NCBI GenBank assembly: GCA_964057225.1
Contig: OZ059900.1
Location: 24,676,001-24,740,000, forward strand
DNA: 64,000 bases
Reading direction: 5' to 3'
Origin: Auanema rhodensis
Lineage: Eukaryota > Animalia > Nematoda
The position numbers were made by a program, and so were the translations under genes. Shown in pieces: positions 28,045 through 43,000 of the stretch. The notes under the pieces were generated by a model, which was not told the origin of the DNA, ran no database searches, and was given only the letters and a program-made list of their open reading frames with translations. How positions within the stretch are numbered: the first letter of the stretch is position 1; the number at the start of each line of letters is the position of its first letter.

Positions 28045-30780
28045 ATTGCATGAGTTTGAACACATGAAATCGTAAGTCAAAACCTTGTTTACAGCGAAAT
28101 TTCCAAAAACTGGTTTTCCAGCATAATAAAATATTTCTCATGGGAAATACTGTGTTTTTGTATTTTTCTAGTGTTCAGCATGTAAAATGCTTCCTTTTAG
28201 TATGTAACACGCTGAAATTCGTTGCATTTGACGACTCATATGAACAAAAATCGATTTAATCAATATTAGCCATAAGGGGCGTGCCCTCAGAATATGCTAA
28301 TTTCCTTAATTTTCTAACCCCTGTTTTTTTGTCGTGAAAGTGGAACTAGACGTTGTACGAACAATTTTGAGCTATGTTTCATTGACATTGCATGAGTTTG
28401 AACACATGAAATCGTAAGTCAAAACCTTGTTTACAGCGAAATTTCCAAAAACTGGTTTTCCAGCATAATAAAATATTTCTCATGGGAAATACTGTGTTTT
28501 TGTATTTTTCTAGTGTTCAGCATGTAAAATGCTTCATTTTAGTATGTAACTCGCTGAAATTCGTTGCATTTGACGACTCATATGAACAAAAATCGATTTA
28601 ATCAATATTAGCCATAAGGGGCGTGCCCTCAGAATATGCTAATTTCCTTAATTTTCTAACCCTTGTTTTTTTGTCGTGAAAGTGGAACTAGACGTTGTAC
28701 GAACAATTTTGAGCTAGGTTTCATTGACATTGCATGAGTTTGAACACATGAAATCGTAAGTCAAAACCTTGTTTACAGCGAAATTTCCAAAAACTGGTTT
28801 TCCAGCATAATAAAATATTTCTCATGGGAAATACTGTGTTTTTGTATTTTTCTAGTGTTCAGCATGTAAAATGCTTCATTTTAGTATGTAACACGCTGAA
28901 ATTCGTTGCATTTGACGACTCATATGAACAAAAATCGATTTAATCAATATTAGCCATAAGGGGCGTGCCCTCAGAATATGCTAATTTCCTTAATTTTCTA
29001 ACCCCTGTTTTTTTGTCGTGAAAGTGGAACTAGACGTTGTACGAACAATTTTGAGCTATGTTTCATTGACATTGCATGAGTTTGAACACATGAAATCGTA
29101 AGTCAAAACCTTGTTTACAGCGAAATTTCCAAAAACTGGTTTTCCAGCATAATAAAATATTTCTCATGGGAAATACTGTGTTTTTGTATTTTTCTAGTGT
29201 TCAGCATGTAAAATGCTTCATTTTAGTATGTAACTCGCTGAAATTCGTTGCATTTGACGACTCATATGAACAAAAATCGATTTAATCAATATTAGCCATA
29301 AGGGGCGTGCCCTCAGAATATGCTAATTTCCTTAATTTTCTAACCCTTGTTTTTTTGTCGTGAAAGTGGAACTAGACGTTGTACGAACAATTTTGAGCTA
29401 GGTTTCATTGACATTGCATGAGTTTGAACACATGAAATCGTAAGTCAAAACCTTGTTTACAGCGAAATTTCCAAAAACTGGTTTTCCAGCATAATAAAAT
29501 ATTTCTCATGGGAAATACTGTGTTTTTGTATTTTTCTAGTGTTCAGCATGTAAAATGCTTCCTTTTAGTATGTAACACGCTGAAATTCGTTGCATTTGAC
29601 GACTCATATGAACAAAAATCGATTTAATCAATATTAGCCATAAGGGGCGTGCCCTCAGAATATGCTAATTTCCTTAATTTTCTAACCCCTGTTTTTTTGT
29701 CGTGAAAGTGGAACTAGACGTTGTACGAACAATTTTGAGCTATGTTTCATTGACATTGCATGAGTTTGAACACATGAAATCGTAAGTCAAAACCTTGTTT
29801 ACAGCGAAATTTCCAAAAACTGGTTTTCCAGCATAATAAAATATTTCTCATGGGAAATACTGTGTTTTTGTATTTTTCTAGTGTTCAGCATGTAAAATGC
29901 TTCATTTTAGTATGTAACTCGCTGAAATTCGTTGCATTTGACGACTCATATGAACAAAAATCGATTTAATCAATATTAGCCATAAGGGGCGTGCCCTCAG
30001 AATATGCTAATTTCCTTAATTTTCTAACCCTTGTTTTTTTGTCGTGAAAGTGGAACTAGACGTTGTACGAACAATTTTGAGCTAGGTTTCATTGACATTG
30101 CATGAGTTTGAACACATGAAATCGTAAGTCAAAACCTTGTTTACAGCGAAATTTCCAAAAACTGGTTTTCCAGCATAATAAAATATTTCTCATGGGAAAT
30201 ACTGTGTTTTTGTATTTTTCTAGTGTTCAGCATGTAAAATGCTTCATTTTAGTATGTAACACGCTGAAATTCGTTGCATTTGACGACTCATATGAACAAA
30301 AATCGATTTAATCAATATTAGCCATAAGGGGCGTGCCCTCAGAATATGCTAATTTCCTTAATTTTCTAACCCCTGTTTTTTTGTCGTGAAAGTGGAACTA
30401 GACGTTGTACGAACAATTTTGAGCTATGTTTCATTGACATTGCATGAGTTTGAACACATGAAATCGTAAGTCAAAACCTTGTTTACAGCGAAATTTCCAA
30501 AAACTGGTTTTCCAGCATAATAAAATATTTCTCATGGGAAATACTGTGTTTTTGTATTTTTCTAGTGTTCAGCATGTAAAATGCTTCATTTTAGTATGTA
30601 ACTCGCTGAAATTCGTTGCATTTGACGACTCATATGAACAAAAATCGATTTAATCAATATTAGCCATAAGGGGCGTGCCGTCAGAATATGCTAATTTCCT
30701 TAATTTTCTAACCCTTGTTTTTTTGTCGTGAAAGTGGAACTAGACGTTGTACGAACAATTTTGAGCTAGGTTTCATTGAC
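28045..30780 (+). repeat. Local tetrameric higher-order repeat (1368 bp x2) built from a dimer, monomers 83-90
   Basis: [A150C+G331T][A165T+C277T][G331T][A165T+C277T] occurs twice; the last monomer adds C242G. Confidence 0.85.
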
Positions 30781-33700
30781 ATTGCATGAGTTTGAACACA
30801 TGAAATCGTAAGTCAAAACCTTGTTTACAGCGAAATTTCCAAAAACTGGTTTTCCAGCATAATAAAATATTTCTCATGGGAAATACTGTGTTTTTGTATT
30901 TTTCTAGTGTTCAGCATGTAAAATGCTTCCTTTTAGTATGTAACACGCTGAAATTCGTTGCATTTGACGACTCATATGAACAAAAATCGATTTAATCAAT
31001 ATTAGCCATAAGGGGCGTGCCCTCAGAATATGCTAATTTCCTTAGTTTTCTAACCCCTGTTTTTTTGTCGTGAAAGTGGAACTAGACGTTGTACGAACAA
31101 TTTTGAGCTAGGTTTCATTGACATTGCATGAGTTTGAACACATGAAATCGTAAGTCAAAACCTTGTTTACAGCGAAATTTCCAAAAACTGGTTTTCCAGC
31201 ATAATAAAATATTTCTCATGGGAAATACTGTGTTTTTGTATTTTTCTAGTGTTCAGCATGTAAAATGTTTCATTTTAGTATGTAACACGCTGAAATTCGT
31301 TGCATTTGACGACTCATATGAACAAAAATCGATTTAATCAATATTAGCCATAAGGGGCGTGCCCTCAGAATATGCTAATTTCCTTAATTTTCTAACCCCT
31401 GTTTTTTTGTCGTGAAAGTGGAACTAGACGTTGTACGAACAATTTTGAGCTATGTTTCATTGACATTGCATGAATTTGAACACATGAAATCGTAAGTCAA
31501 AACCTTGTTTACAGCGAAATTTCCAAAAACTGGTTTTCCAGCATAATAAAATATTTCTCATGGGAAATACTGTGTTTTTGTATTTTTCTAGTGTTCAGCA
31601 TGTAAAATGCTTCATTTTAGTATGTAACACGCTGAAATTCGTTGCATTTGACGACTCATATGAACAAAAATCGATTTAATCAATATTAGCCATAAGGGGC
31701 GTGCCCTCAGAATATGCTAATTTCCTTAATTTTCTAACCCCTGTTTTTTTGTCGTGAAAGTGGAACTAGACGTTGTACGAACAATTTTGAGCTAGGTTTC
31801 ATTGACATTGCATGAGTTTGAACACATGAAATCGTAAGTCAAAACCTTGTTTACAGCGAAATTTCCAAAAACTGGTTTTCCAGCATAATAAAATATTTCT
31901 CATGAGAAATACTGTGTTTTTGTATTTTTCTAGTGTTCAGCATGTAAAATGCTTCATTTTAGTATGTAACACGCTGAAATTCGTTGCATTTGACGACTCA
32001 TATGAACAAAAATCGATTTAATCAATATTAGCCATAAGGGGCGTGCCCTCAGAATATGCTAATTTCCTTAATTTTCTAACCCCTGTTTTTTTGTCGTGAA
32101 AGTGGAACTAGACGTTGTACGAACAATTTTGAGCTAGGTTTCATTGACATTGCATGAGTTTGAACACATGAAATCGTAAGTCAAAACCTTGTTTACAGCG
32201 AAATTTCCAAAAACTGGTTTTCCAGCATAATAAAATATTTCTCATGGGAAATACTGTGTTTTTGTATTTTTCTAGTGTTCAGCATGTAAAATGCTTCATT
32301 TTAGTATGTAACACGCTGAAATTCGTTGCATTTGACGACTCATATGAACAAAAATCGATTTAATCAATATTAGCCATAAGGGGCGTGCCCTCAGAATATG
32401 CTAATTTCCTTAATTTTCTAACCCTTGTTTTTTTGTCGTGAAAGTGGAACTAGACGTTGTACGAACAATTTTGAGCTAGGTTTCATTGACATTGCATGAG
32501 TTTGAACACATGAAATCGTAAGTCAAAACCTTGTTTACAGCGAAATTTCCAAAAACTGGTTTTCCAGCATAATAAAATATTTCTCATGGGAAATACTGTG
32601 TTTTTGTATTTTTCTAGTGTTCAGCATGTAAAATGCTTCATTTTAGTATGTAACACGCTGAAATTCGTTGCATTTGACGACTCATATGAACAAAAATCGA
32701 TTTAATCAATATTAGCCATAAGGGGCGTGCCCTCAGAATATGCTAATTTCCTTAATTTTCTAACCCCTGTTTTTTTGTCGTGAAAGTGGAACTAGACGTT
32801 GTACGAACAATTTTGAGCTAGGTTTCATTGACATTGCATGAGTTTGAACACATGAAATCGTAAGTCAAAACCTTGTTTACAGCGAAATTTCCAAAAACTG
32901 GTTTTCCAGCATAATAAAATATTTCTCATGGGAAATACTGTGTTTTTGTATTTTTCTAGTGTTCAGCATGTAAAATGCTTCATTTTAGTATGTAACACGC
33001 TGAAAGTCGTTGCATTTGACGACTCATATGAACAAAAATCGATTTAATCAATATTAGCCATAAGGGGCGTGCCCTCAGAATATGCTAATTTCCTTAGTTT
33101 TCTAACCCCTGTTTTTTTGTCGTGAAAGTGGAACTAGACGTTGTACGAACAATTTTGAGCTAGGTTTCATTGACATTGCATGAGTTTGAACACATGAAAT
33201 CGTAAGTCAAAACCTTGTTTACAGCGAAATTTCCAAAAACTGGTTTTCCAGCATAATAAAATATTTCTCATGGGAAATACTGTGTTTTTGTATTTTTCTA
33301 GTGTTCAGCATGTAAAATGCTTCATTTTAGTATGTAACACGCTGAAATTCGTTGCATTTGACGAATCATATGAACAAAAATCGATTTAATCAATATTAGC
33401 CATAAGGGGCGTGCCCTCAGAATATGCTAATTTCCTTAATTTTCTAACCCCTGTTTTTTTGTCGTGAAAGTGGAACTAGACGTTGTACGAACAATTTTGA
33501 GCTAGGTTTCATTGACATTGCATGAGTTTGAACACATGAAATCGTAAGTCAAAACCTTGTTTACAGCGAAATTTCCAAAAACTGGTTTTCCAGCATAATA
33601 AAATATTTCTCATGGGAAATACTGTGTTTTTGTATTTTTCTAGTGTTCAGCATGTAAAATGCTTCATTTTAGTATGTAACACGCTGAAAGTCGTTGCATT

Positions 33701-36700
33701 TGACGACTCATATGAACAAAAATCGATTTAATCAATATTAGCCATAAGGGGCGTGCCCTCAGAATATGCTAATTTCCTTAGTTTTCTAACCCCTGTTTTT
33801 TTGTCGTGAAAGTGGAACTAGACGTTGTACGAACAATTTTGAGCTAGGTTTCATTGACATTGCATGAGTTTGAACACATGAAATCGTAAGTCAAAACCTT
33901 GTTTACAGCGAAATTTCCAAAAACTGGTTTTCCAGCATAATAAAATATTTCTCATGGGAAATACTGTGTTTTTGTATTTTTCTAGTGTTCAGCATGTAAA
34001 ATGCTTCATTTTAGTATGTAACACGCTGAAATTCGTTGCATTTGACGAATCATATGAACAAAAATCGATTTAATCAATATTAGCCATAAGGGGCGTGCCC
34101 TCAGAATATGCTAATTTCCTTAATTTTCTAACCCCTGTTTTTTTGTCGTGAAAGTGGAACTAGACGTTGTACGAACAATTTTGAGCTAGGTTTCATTGAC
34201 ATTGCATGAGTTTGAACACATGAAATCGTAAGTCAAAACCTTGTTTACAGCGAAATTTCCAAAAACTGGTTTTCCAGCATAATAAAATATTTCTCATGGG
34301 AAATACTGTGTTTTTGTATTTTTCTAGTGTTCAGCATGTAAAATGCTTCATTTTAGTATGTAACACGCTGAAAGTCGTTGCATTTGACGACTCATATGAA
34401 CAAAAATCGATTTAATCAATATTAGCCATAAGGGGCGTGCCCTCAGAATATGCTAATTTCCTTAGTTTTCTAACCCCTGTTTTTTTGTCGTGAAAGTGGA
34501 ACTAGACGTTGTACGAACAATTTTGAGCTAGGTTTCATTGACATTGCATGAGTTTGAACACATGAAATCGTAAGTCAAAACCTTGTTTACAGCGAAATTT
34601 CCAAAAACTGGCTTTCCAGCATAATAAAATATTTCTCATGGGAAATACTGTGTTTTTGTATTTTTCTAGTGTTCAGCATGTAAAATGCTTCATTTTAGTA
34701 TGTAACACGCTGAAATTCGTTGCATTTGACGAATCATATGAACAAAAATCGATTTAATCAATATTAGCCATAAGGGGCGTGCCCTCAGAATATGCTAATT
34801 TCCTTAATTTTCTAACCCCTGTTTTTTTGTCGTGAAAGTGGAACTAGACGTTGTACGAACAATTTTGAGCTAGGTTTCATTGACATTGCATGAGTTTGAA
34901 CACATGACATCGTAAGTCAAAACCTTGTTTACAGCGAAATTACCAAAAACTGGTTTTCCAGCATAATAAAATATTTCTCATGGGAAATACTGTGTTTTTG
35001 TATTTTTCTAGTGTTCAGCATGTAAAATGCTTCATTTTAGTATGTAACTCGCTGAAATTCGTTGCATTTGACGACTCATATGAACAAAAATCGATTTAAT
35101 CAATATTAGCCATAAGGGGCGTGCCCTCAGAATATGCTAATTTCCTTAATTTTCTAACCCTTGTTTTTTTGTCGTGAAAGTGGAACTAGACGTTGTACGA
35201 ACAATTTTGAGCTAGGTTTCATTGACATTGCATGAGTTTGAACACATGAAATCGTAAGTCAAAACCTTGTTTACAGCGAAATTTCCAAAAACTGGTTTTC
35301 CAGCATAATAAAATATTTCTCATGGGAAATACTGTGTTTTTGTATTTTTCTAGTGTTCAGCATGTAAAATGCTTCATTTTAGTATGTAACACGCTGAAAT
35401 TCGTTGCATTTGACGACTCATATGAACAAAAATCGATTTAATCAATATTAGCCATAAGGGGCGTGCCCTCAGAATATGCTAATTTCCTTAATTTTCTAAC
35501 CCCTGTTTTTTTGTCGTGAAAGTGGAACTAGACGTTGTACGAACAATTTTGAGCTATGTTTCATTGACATTGCATGAGTTTGAACACATGAAATCGTAAG
35601 TCAAAACCTTGTTTACAGCGAAATTTCCAAAAACTGGTTTTCCAGCATAATAAAATATTTCTCATGGGAAATACTGTGTTTTTGTATTTTTCTAGTGTTC
35701 AGCATGTAAAATGCTTCATTTTAGTATGTAACTCGCTGAAATTCGTTGCATTTGACGACTCATATGAACAAAAATCGATTTAATCAATATTAGCCATAAG
35801 GGGCGTGCCGTCAGAATATGCTAATTTCCTTAATTTTCTAACCCTTGTTTTTTTGTCGTGAAAGTGGAACTAGACGTTGTACGAACAATTTTGAGCTAGG
35901 TTTCATTGACATTGCATGAGTTTGAACACATGAAATCGTAAGTCAAAACCTTGTTTACAGCGAAATTTCCAAAAACTGGTTTTCCAGCATAATAAAATAT
36001 TTCTCATGGGAAATACTGTGTTTTTGTATTTTTCTAGTGTTCAGCATGTAAAATGCTTCCTTTTAGTATGTAACACGCTGAAATTCGTTGCATTTGACGA
36101 CTCATATGAACAAAAATCGATTTAATCAATATTAGCCATAAGGGGCGTGCCCTCAGAATATGCTAATTTCCTTAGTTTTCTAACCCCTGTTTTTTTGTCG
36201 TGAAAGTGGAACTAGACGTTGTACGAACAATTTTGAGCTAGGTTTCATTGACATTGCATGAGTTTGAACACATGAAATCGTAAGTCAAAACCTTGTTTAC
36301 AGCGAAATTTCCAAAAACTGGTTTTCCAGCATAATAAAATATTTCTCATGGGAAATACTGTGTTTTTGTATTTTTCTAGTGTTCAGCATGTAAAATGTTT
36401 CATTTTAGTATGTAACACGCTGAAATTCGTTGCATTTGACGACTCATATGAACAAAAATCGATTTAATCAATATTAGCCATAAGGGGCGTGCCCTCAGAA
36501 TATGCTAATTTCCTTAATTTTCTAACCCCTGTTTTTTTGTCGTGAAAGTGGAACTAGACGTTGTACGAACAATTTTGAGCTATGTTTCATTGACATTGCA
36601 TGAATTTGAACACATGAAATCGTAAGTCAAAACCTTGTTTACAGCGAAATTTCCAAAAACTGGTTTTCCAGCATAATAAAATATTTCTCATGGGAAATAC

Positions 36701-39700
36701 TGTGTTTTTGTATTTTTCTAGTGTTCAGCATGTAAAATGCTTCATTTTAGTATGTAACACGCTGAAATTCGTTGCATTTGACGACTCATATGAACAAAAA
36801 TCGATTTAATCAATATTAGCCATAAGGGGCGTGCCCTCAGAATATGCTAATTTCCTTAATTTTCTAACCCCTGTTTTTTTGTCGTGAAAGTGGAACTAGA
36901 CGTTGTACGAACAATTTTGAGCTAGGTTTCATTGACATTGCATCAGTTTGAACACATGAAATCGTAAGTCAAAACCTTGTTTACAGCGAAATTTCCAAAA
37001 ACTGGTTTTCCAGCATAATAAAATATTTCTCATGAGAAATACTGTGTTTTTGTATTTTTCTAGTGTTCAGCATGTAAAATGCTTCATTTTAGTATGTAAC
37101 ACGCTGAAATTCGTTGCATTTGACGACTCATATGAACAAAAATCGATTTAATCAATATTAGCCATAAGGGGCGTGCCCTCAGAATATGCTAATTTCCTTA
37201 ATTTTCTAACCCCTGTTTTTTTGTCGTGAAAGTGGAACTAGACGTTGTACGAACAATTTTGAGCTAGGTTTCATTGACATTGCATGAGTTTGAACACATG
37301 AAATCGTAAGTCAAAACCTTGTTTACAGCGAAATTTCCAAAAACTGGTTTTCCAGCATAATAAAATATTTCTCATGGGAAATACTGTGTTTTTGTATTTT
37401 TCTAGTGTTCAGCATGTAAAATGCTTCATTTTAGTATGTAACACGCTGAAATTCGTTGCATTTGACGACTCATATGAACAAAAATCGATTTAATCAATAT
37501 TAGCCATAAGGGGCGTGCCCTCAGAATATGCTAATTTCCTTAATTTTCTAACCCTTGTTTTTTTGTCGTGAAAGTGGAACTAGACGTTGTACGAACAATT
37601 TTGAGCTAGGTTTCATTGACATTGCATGAGTTTGAACACATGAAATCGTAAGTCAAAACCTTGTTTACAGCGAAATTTCCAAAAACTGGTTTTCCAGCAT
37701 AATAAAATATTTCTCATGGGAAATACTGTGTTTTTGTATTTTTCTAGTGTTCAGCATGTAAAATGCTTCATTTTAGTATGTAACACGCTGAAATTCGTTG
37801 CATTTGACGACTCATATGAACAAAAATCGATTTAATCAATATTAGCCATAAGGGGCGTGCCCTCAGAATATGCTAATTTCCTTAATTTTCTAACCCCTGT
37901 TTTTTTGTCGTGAAAGTGGAACTAGACGTTGTACGAACAATTTTGAGCTAGGTTTCATTGACATTGCATGAGTTTGAACACATGAAATCGTAAGTCAAAA
38001 CCTTGTTTACAGCGAAATTTCCAAAAACTGGTTTTCCAGCATAATAAAATATTTCTCATGGGAAATACTGTGTTTTTGTATTTTTCTAGTGTTCAGCATG
38101 TAAAATGCTTCATTTTAGTATGTAACACGCTGAAAGTCGTTGCATTTGACGACTCATATGAACAAAAATCGATTTAATCAATATTAGCCATAAGGGGCGT
38201 GCCCTCAGAATATGCTAATTTCCTTAGTTTTCTAACCCCTGTTTTTTTGTCGTGAAAGTGGAACTAGACGTTGTACGAACAATTTTGAGCTAGGTTTCAT
38301 TGACATTGCATGAGTTTGAACACATGAAATCGTAAGTCAAAACCTTGTTTACAGCGAAATTTCCAAAAACTGGTTTTCCAGCATAATAAAATATTTCTCA
38401 TGGGAAATACTGTGTTTTTGTATTTTTCTAGTGTTCAGCATGTAAAATGCTTCATTTTAGTATGTAACACGCTGAAATTCGTTGCATTTGACGAATCATA
38501 TGAACAAAAATCGATTTAATCAATATTAGCCATAAGGGGCGTGCCCTCAGAATATGCTAATTTCCTTAATTTTCTAACCCCTGTTTTTTTGTCGTGAAAG
38601 TGGAACTAGACGTTGTACGAACAATTTTGAGCTAGGTTTCATTGACATTGCATGAGTTTGAACACATGAAATCGTAAGTCAAAACCTTGTTTACAGCGAA
38701 ATTTCCAAAAACTGGTTTTCCAGCATAATAAAATATTTCTCATGGGAAATACTGTGTTTTTGTATTTTTCTAGTGTTCAGCATGTAAAATGCTTCATTTT
38801 AGTATGTAACACGCTGAAAGTCGTTGCATTTGACGACTCATATGAACAAAAATCGATTTAATCAATATTAGCCATAAGGGGCGTGCCCTCAGAATATGCT
38901 AATTTCCTTAGTTTTCTAACCCCTGTTTTTTTGTCGTGAAAGTGGAACTAGACGTTGTACGAACAATTTTGAGCTAGGTTTCATTGACATTGCATGAGTT
39001 TGAACACATGAAATCGTAAGTCAAAACCTTGTTTACAGCGAAATTTCCAAAAACTGGTTTTCCAGCATAATAAAATATTTCTCATGGGAAATACTGTGTT
39101 TTTGTATTTTTCTAGTGTTCAGCATGTAAAATGCTTCATTTTAGTATGTAACACGCTGAAATTCGTTGCATTTGACGAATCATATGAACAAAAATCGATT
39201 TAATCAATATTAGCCATAAGGGGCGTGCCCTCAGAATATGCTAATTTCCTTAATTTTCTAACCCCTGTTTTTTTGTCGTGAAAGTGGAACTAGACGTTGT
39301 ACGAACAATTTTGAGCTAGGTTTCATTGACATTGCATGAGTTTGAACACATGAAATCGTAAGTCAAAACCTTGTTTACAGCGAAATTTCCAAAAACTGGT
39401 TTTCCAGCATAATAAAATATTTCTCATGGGAAATACTGTGTTTTTGTATTTTTCTAGTGTTCAGCATGTAAAATGCTTCATTTTAGTATGTAACACGCTG
39501 AAAGTCGTTGCATTTGACGACTCATATGAACAAAAATCGATTTAATCAATATTAGCCATAAGGGGCGTGCCCTCAGAATATGCTAATTTCCTTAGTTTTC
39601 TAACCCCTGTTTTTTTGTCGTGAAAGTGGAACTAGACGTTGTACGAACAATTTTGAGCTAGGTTTCATTGACATTGCATGAGTTTGAACACATGAAATCG

Positions 39701-40072
39701 TAAGTCAAAACCTTGTTTACAGCGAAATTTCCAAAAACTGGCTTTCCAGCATAATAAAATATTTCTCATGGGAAATACTGTGTTTTTGTATTTTTCTAGT
39801 GTTCAGCATGTAAAATGCTTCATTTTAGTATGTAACACGCTGAAATTCGTTGCATTTGACGAATCATATGAACAAAAATCGATTTAATCAATATTAGCCA
39901 TAAGGGGCGTGCCCTCAGAATATGCTAATTTCCTTAATTTTCTAACCCCTGTTTTTTTGTCGTGAAAGTGGAACTAGACGTTGTACGAACAATTTTGAGC
40001 TAGGTTTCATTGACATTGCATGAGTTTGAACACATGACATCGTAAGTCAAAACCTTGTTTACAGCGAAATTA
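29919..40072 (+). repeat. 15-monomer (5130 bp) tandem duplication; junction in hybrid monomer 103
   Basis: Rare variants C242G, C146T, G10A, G99A, T70C and A24C+T58A recur exactly 5130 bp apart (e.g. A24C at 34908 and 40038). Confidence 0.9.
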
Positions 40073-43000
40073 CCAAAAACTGGTTTTCCAGCATAATAAA
40101 ATATTTCTCATGGGAAATACTGTGTTTTTGTATTTTTCTAGTGTTCAGCATGTAAAATGCTTCATTTTAGTATGTAACACGCTGAAATTCGTTGCATTTG
40201 ACGACTCATATGAACAAAAATCGATTTAATCAATATTAGCCATAAGGGGCGTGCCCTCAGAATATGCTAATTTCCTTAATTTTCTAACCCCTGTTTTTTT
40301 GTCGTGAAAGTGGAACTAGACGTTGTACGAACAATTTTGAGCTAGGTTTCATTGACATTGCATGAGTTTGAACACATGAAATCGTAGGTCAAAACCTTGT
40401 TTACAGCGAAATTTCCAAAAACTGGTTTTCCAGCATAATAAAATATTTCTCATGGGAAATACTGTGTTTTTGTATTTTTCTAGTGTTCAGCATGTAAAAT
40501 GCTTCATTTTAGTATGTAACACGCTGAAATTCGTTGCATTTGACGAATCATATGAACAAAAATCGATTTAATCAATATTAGCCATAAGGGGCGTGCCCTC
40601 AGAATATGCTAATTTCCTTAATTTTCTAACCCCTGTTTTTTTGTCGTGAAAGTGGAACTAGACGTTGTACGAACAATTTTGAGCTAGGTTTCATTGACAT
40701 TGCATGAGTTTGAACACATGAAATCGTAAGTCAAAACCTTGTTTACAGCGAAATTTCCAAAAACTGGTTTTCCAGCATAATAAAATATTTCTCATGGGAA
40801 ATACTGTGTTTTTGTATTTTTCTAGTGTTCAGCATGTAAAATGCTTCATTTTAGTATGTAACACGCTGAAATTCGTTGCATTTGACGACTCATATGAACA
40901 AAAATCGATTTAATCAATATTAGCCATAAGGGGCGTGCCCTCAGAATATGCTAATTTCCTTAGTTTTCTAACCCCTGTTTTTTTGTCGTGAAAGTGGAAC
41001 TAGACGTTGTACGAACAATTTTGAGCTAGGTTTCATTGACATTGCATGAGTTTGAACACATGAAATCGTAAGTCAAAACCTTGTTTACAGCGAAATTTCC
41101 AAAAACTGGTTTTCCAGCATAATAAAATATTTCTCATGGGAAATACTGTGTTTTTGTATTTTTCTAGTGTTCAGCATGTAAAATGCTTCATTTTAGTATG
41201 TAACACGCTGAAATTCGTTGCATTTGACGACTCATATGAACAAAAATCGATTTAATCAATATTAGCCATAAGGGGCGTGCCCTCAGAATATGCTAATTTC
41301 CTTAGTTTTCTAACCCCTGTTTTTTTGTCGTGAAAGTGGAACTAGACGTTGTACGAACAATTTTGAGCTAGGTTTCATTGACATTGCATGAGTTTGAACA
41401 CATGAAATCGTAAGTCAAAACCTTGTTTACAGCGAAATTTCCAAAAACTGGTTTTCCAGCATAATAAAATATTTCTCATGGGAAATACTGTGTTTTTGTA
41501 TTTTTCTAGTGTTCAGCATGTAAAATGCTTCCTTTTAGTATGTAACACGCTGAAATTCGTTGCATTTGACGACTCATATGAACAAAAATCGATTTAATCA
41601 ATATTAGCCATAAGGGGCGTGCCCTCAGAATATGCTAATTTCCTTAGTTTTCTAACCCCTGTTTTTTTGTCGTGAAAGTGGAACTAGACGTTGTACGAAC
41701 AATTTTGAGCTAGGTTTCATTGACATTGCATGAGTTTGAACACATGAAATCGTAAGTCAAAACCTTGTTTACAGCGAAATTTCCAAAAACTGGTTTTCCA
41801 GCATAATAAAATATTTCTCATGGGAAATACTGTGTTTTTGTATTTTTCTAGTGTTCAGCATGTAAAATGCTTCATTTTAGTATGTAACACGCTGAAATTC
41901 GTTGCATTTGACGACTCATATGAACAAAAATCGATTTAATCAATATTAGCCATAAGGGGCGTGCCCTCAGAATATGCTAATTTCCTTAATTTTCTAACCC
42001 CTGTTTTTTTGTCGTGAAAGTGGAACTAGACGTTGTACGAACAATTTTGAGCTATGTTTCATTGACATTGCATGAGTTTGAACACATGAAATCGTAAGTC
42101 AAAACCTTGTTTACAGCGAAATTTCCAAAAACTGGTTTTCCAGCATAATAAAATATTTCTCATGGGAAATACTGTGTTTTTGTATTTTTCTAGTGTTCAG
42201 CATGTAAAATGCTTCATTTTAGTATGTAACACGCTGAAATTCGTTGCATTTGACGACTCATATGAACAAAAATCGATTTAATCAATATTAGCCATAAGGG
42301 GCGTGCCCTCAGAATATGCTAATTTCCTTAATTTTCTAACCCCTGTTTTTTTGTCGTGAAAGTGGAACTAGACGTTGTACGAACAATTTTGAGCTAGGTT
42401 TCATTGACATTGCATGAGTTTGAACACATGAAATCGTAAGTCAAAACCTTGTTTACAGCGAAATTTCCAAAAACTGGTTTTCCAGCATAATAAAATATTT
42501 CTCATGGGAAATACTGTGTTTTTGTATTTTTCTAGTGTTCAGCATGTAAAATGCTTCATTTTAGTATGTAACACGCTGAAATTCGTTGCATTTGACGACT
42601 CTGATGAACAAAAATCGATTTAATCAATATTAGCCATAAGGGGCGTGCCCTCAGAATATGCTAATTTCCTTAATTTTCTAACCCCTGTTTTTTTGTCGTG
42701 AAAGTGGAACTAGACGTTGTACGAACAATTTTGAGCTAGGTTTCATTGACATTGCATGAGTTTGAACACATGAAATCGTAAGTCAAAACCTTGTTTACAG
42801 CGAAATTTCCAAAAACTGGTTTTCCAGCATAATAAAATATTTCTCATGGGAAATACTGTGTTTTTGTATTTTTCTAGTGTTCAGCATGTAAAATGCTTCA
42901 TTTTAGTATGTAACACGCTGAAATTCGTTGCATTTGACGACTCATATGAACAAAAATCGATTTAATCAATATTAGCCATAAGGGGCGTGCCCTCAGAATA

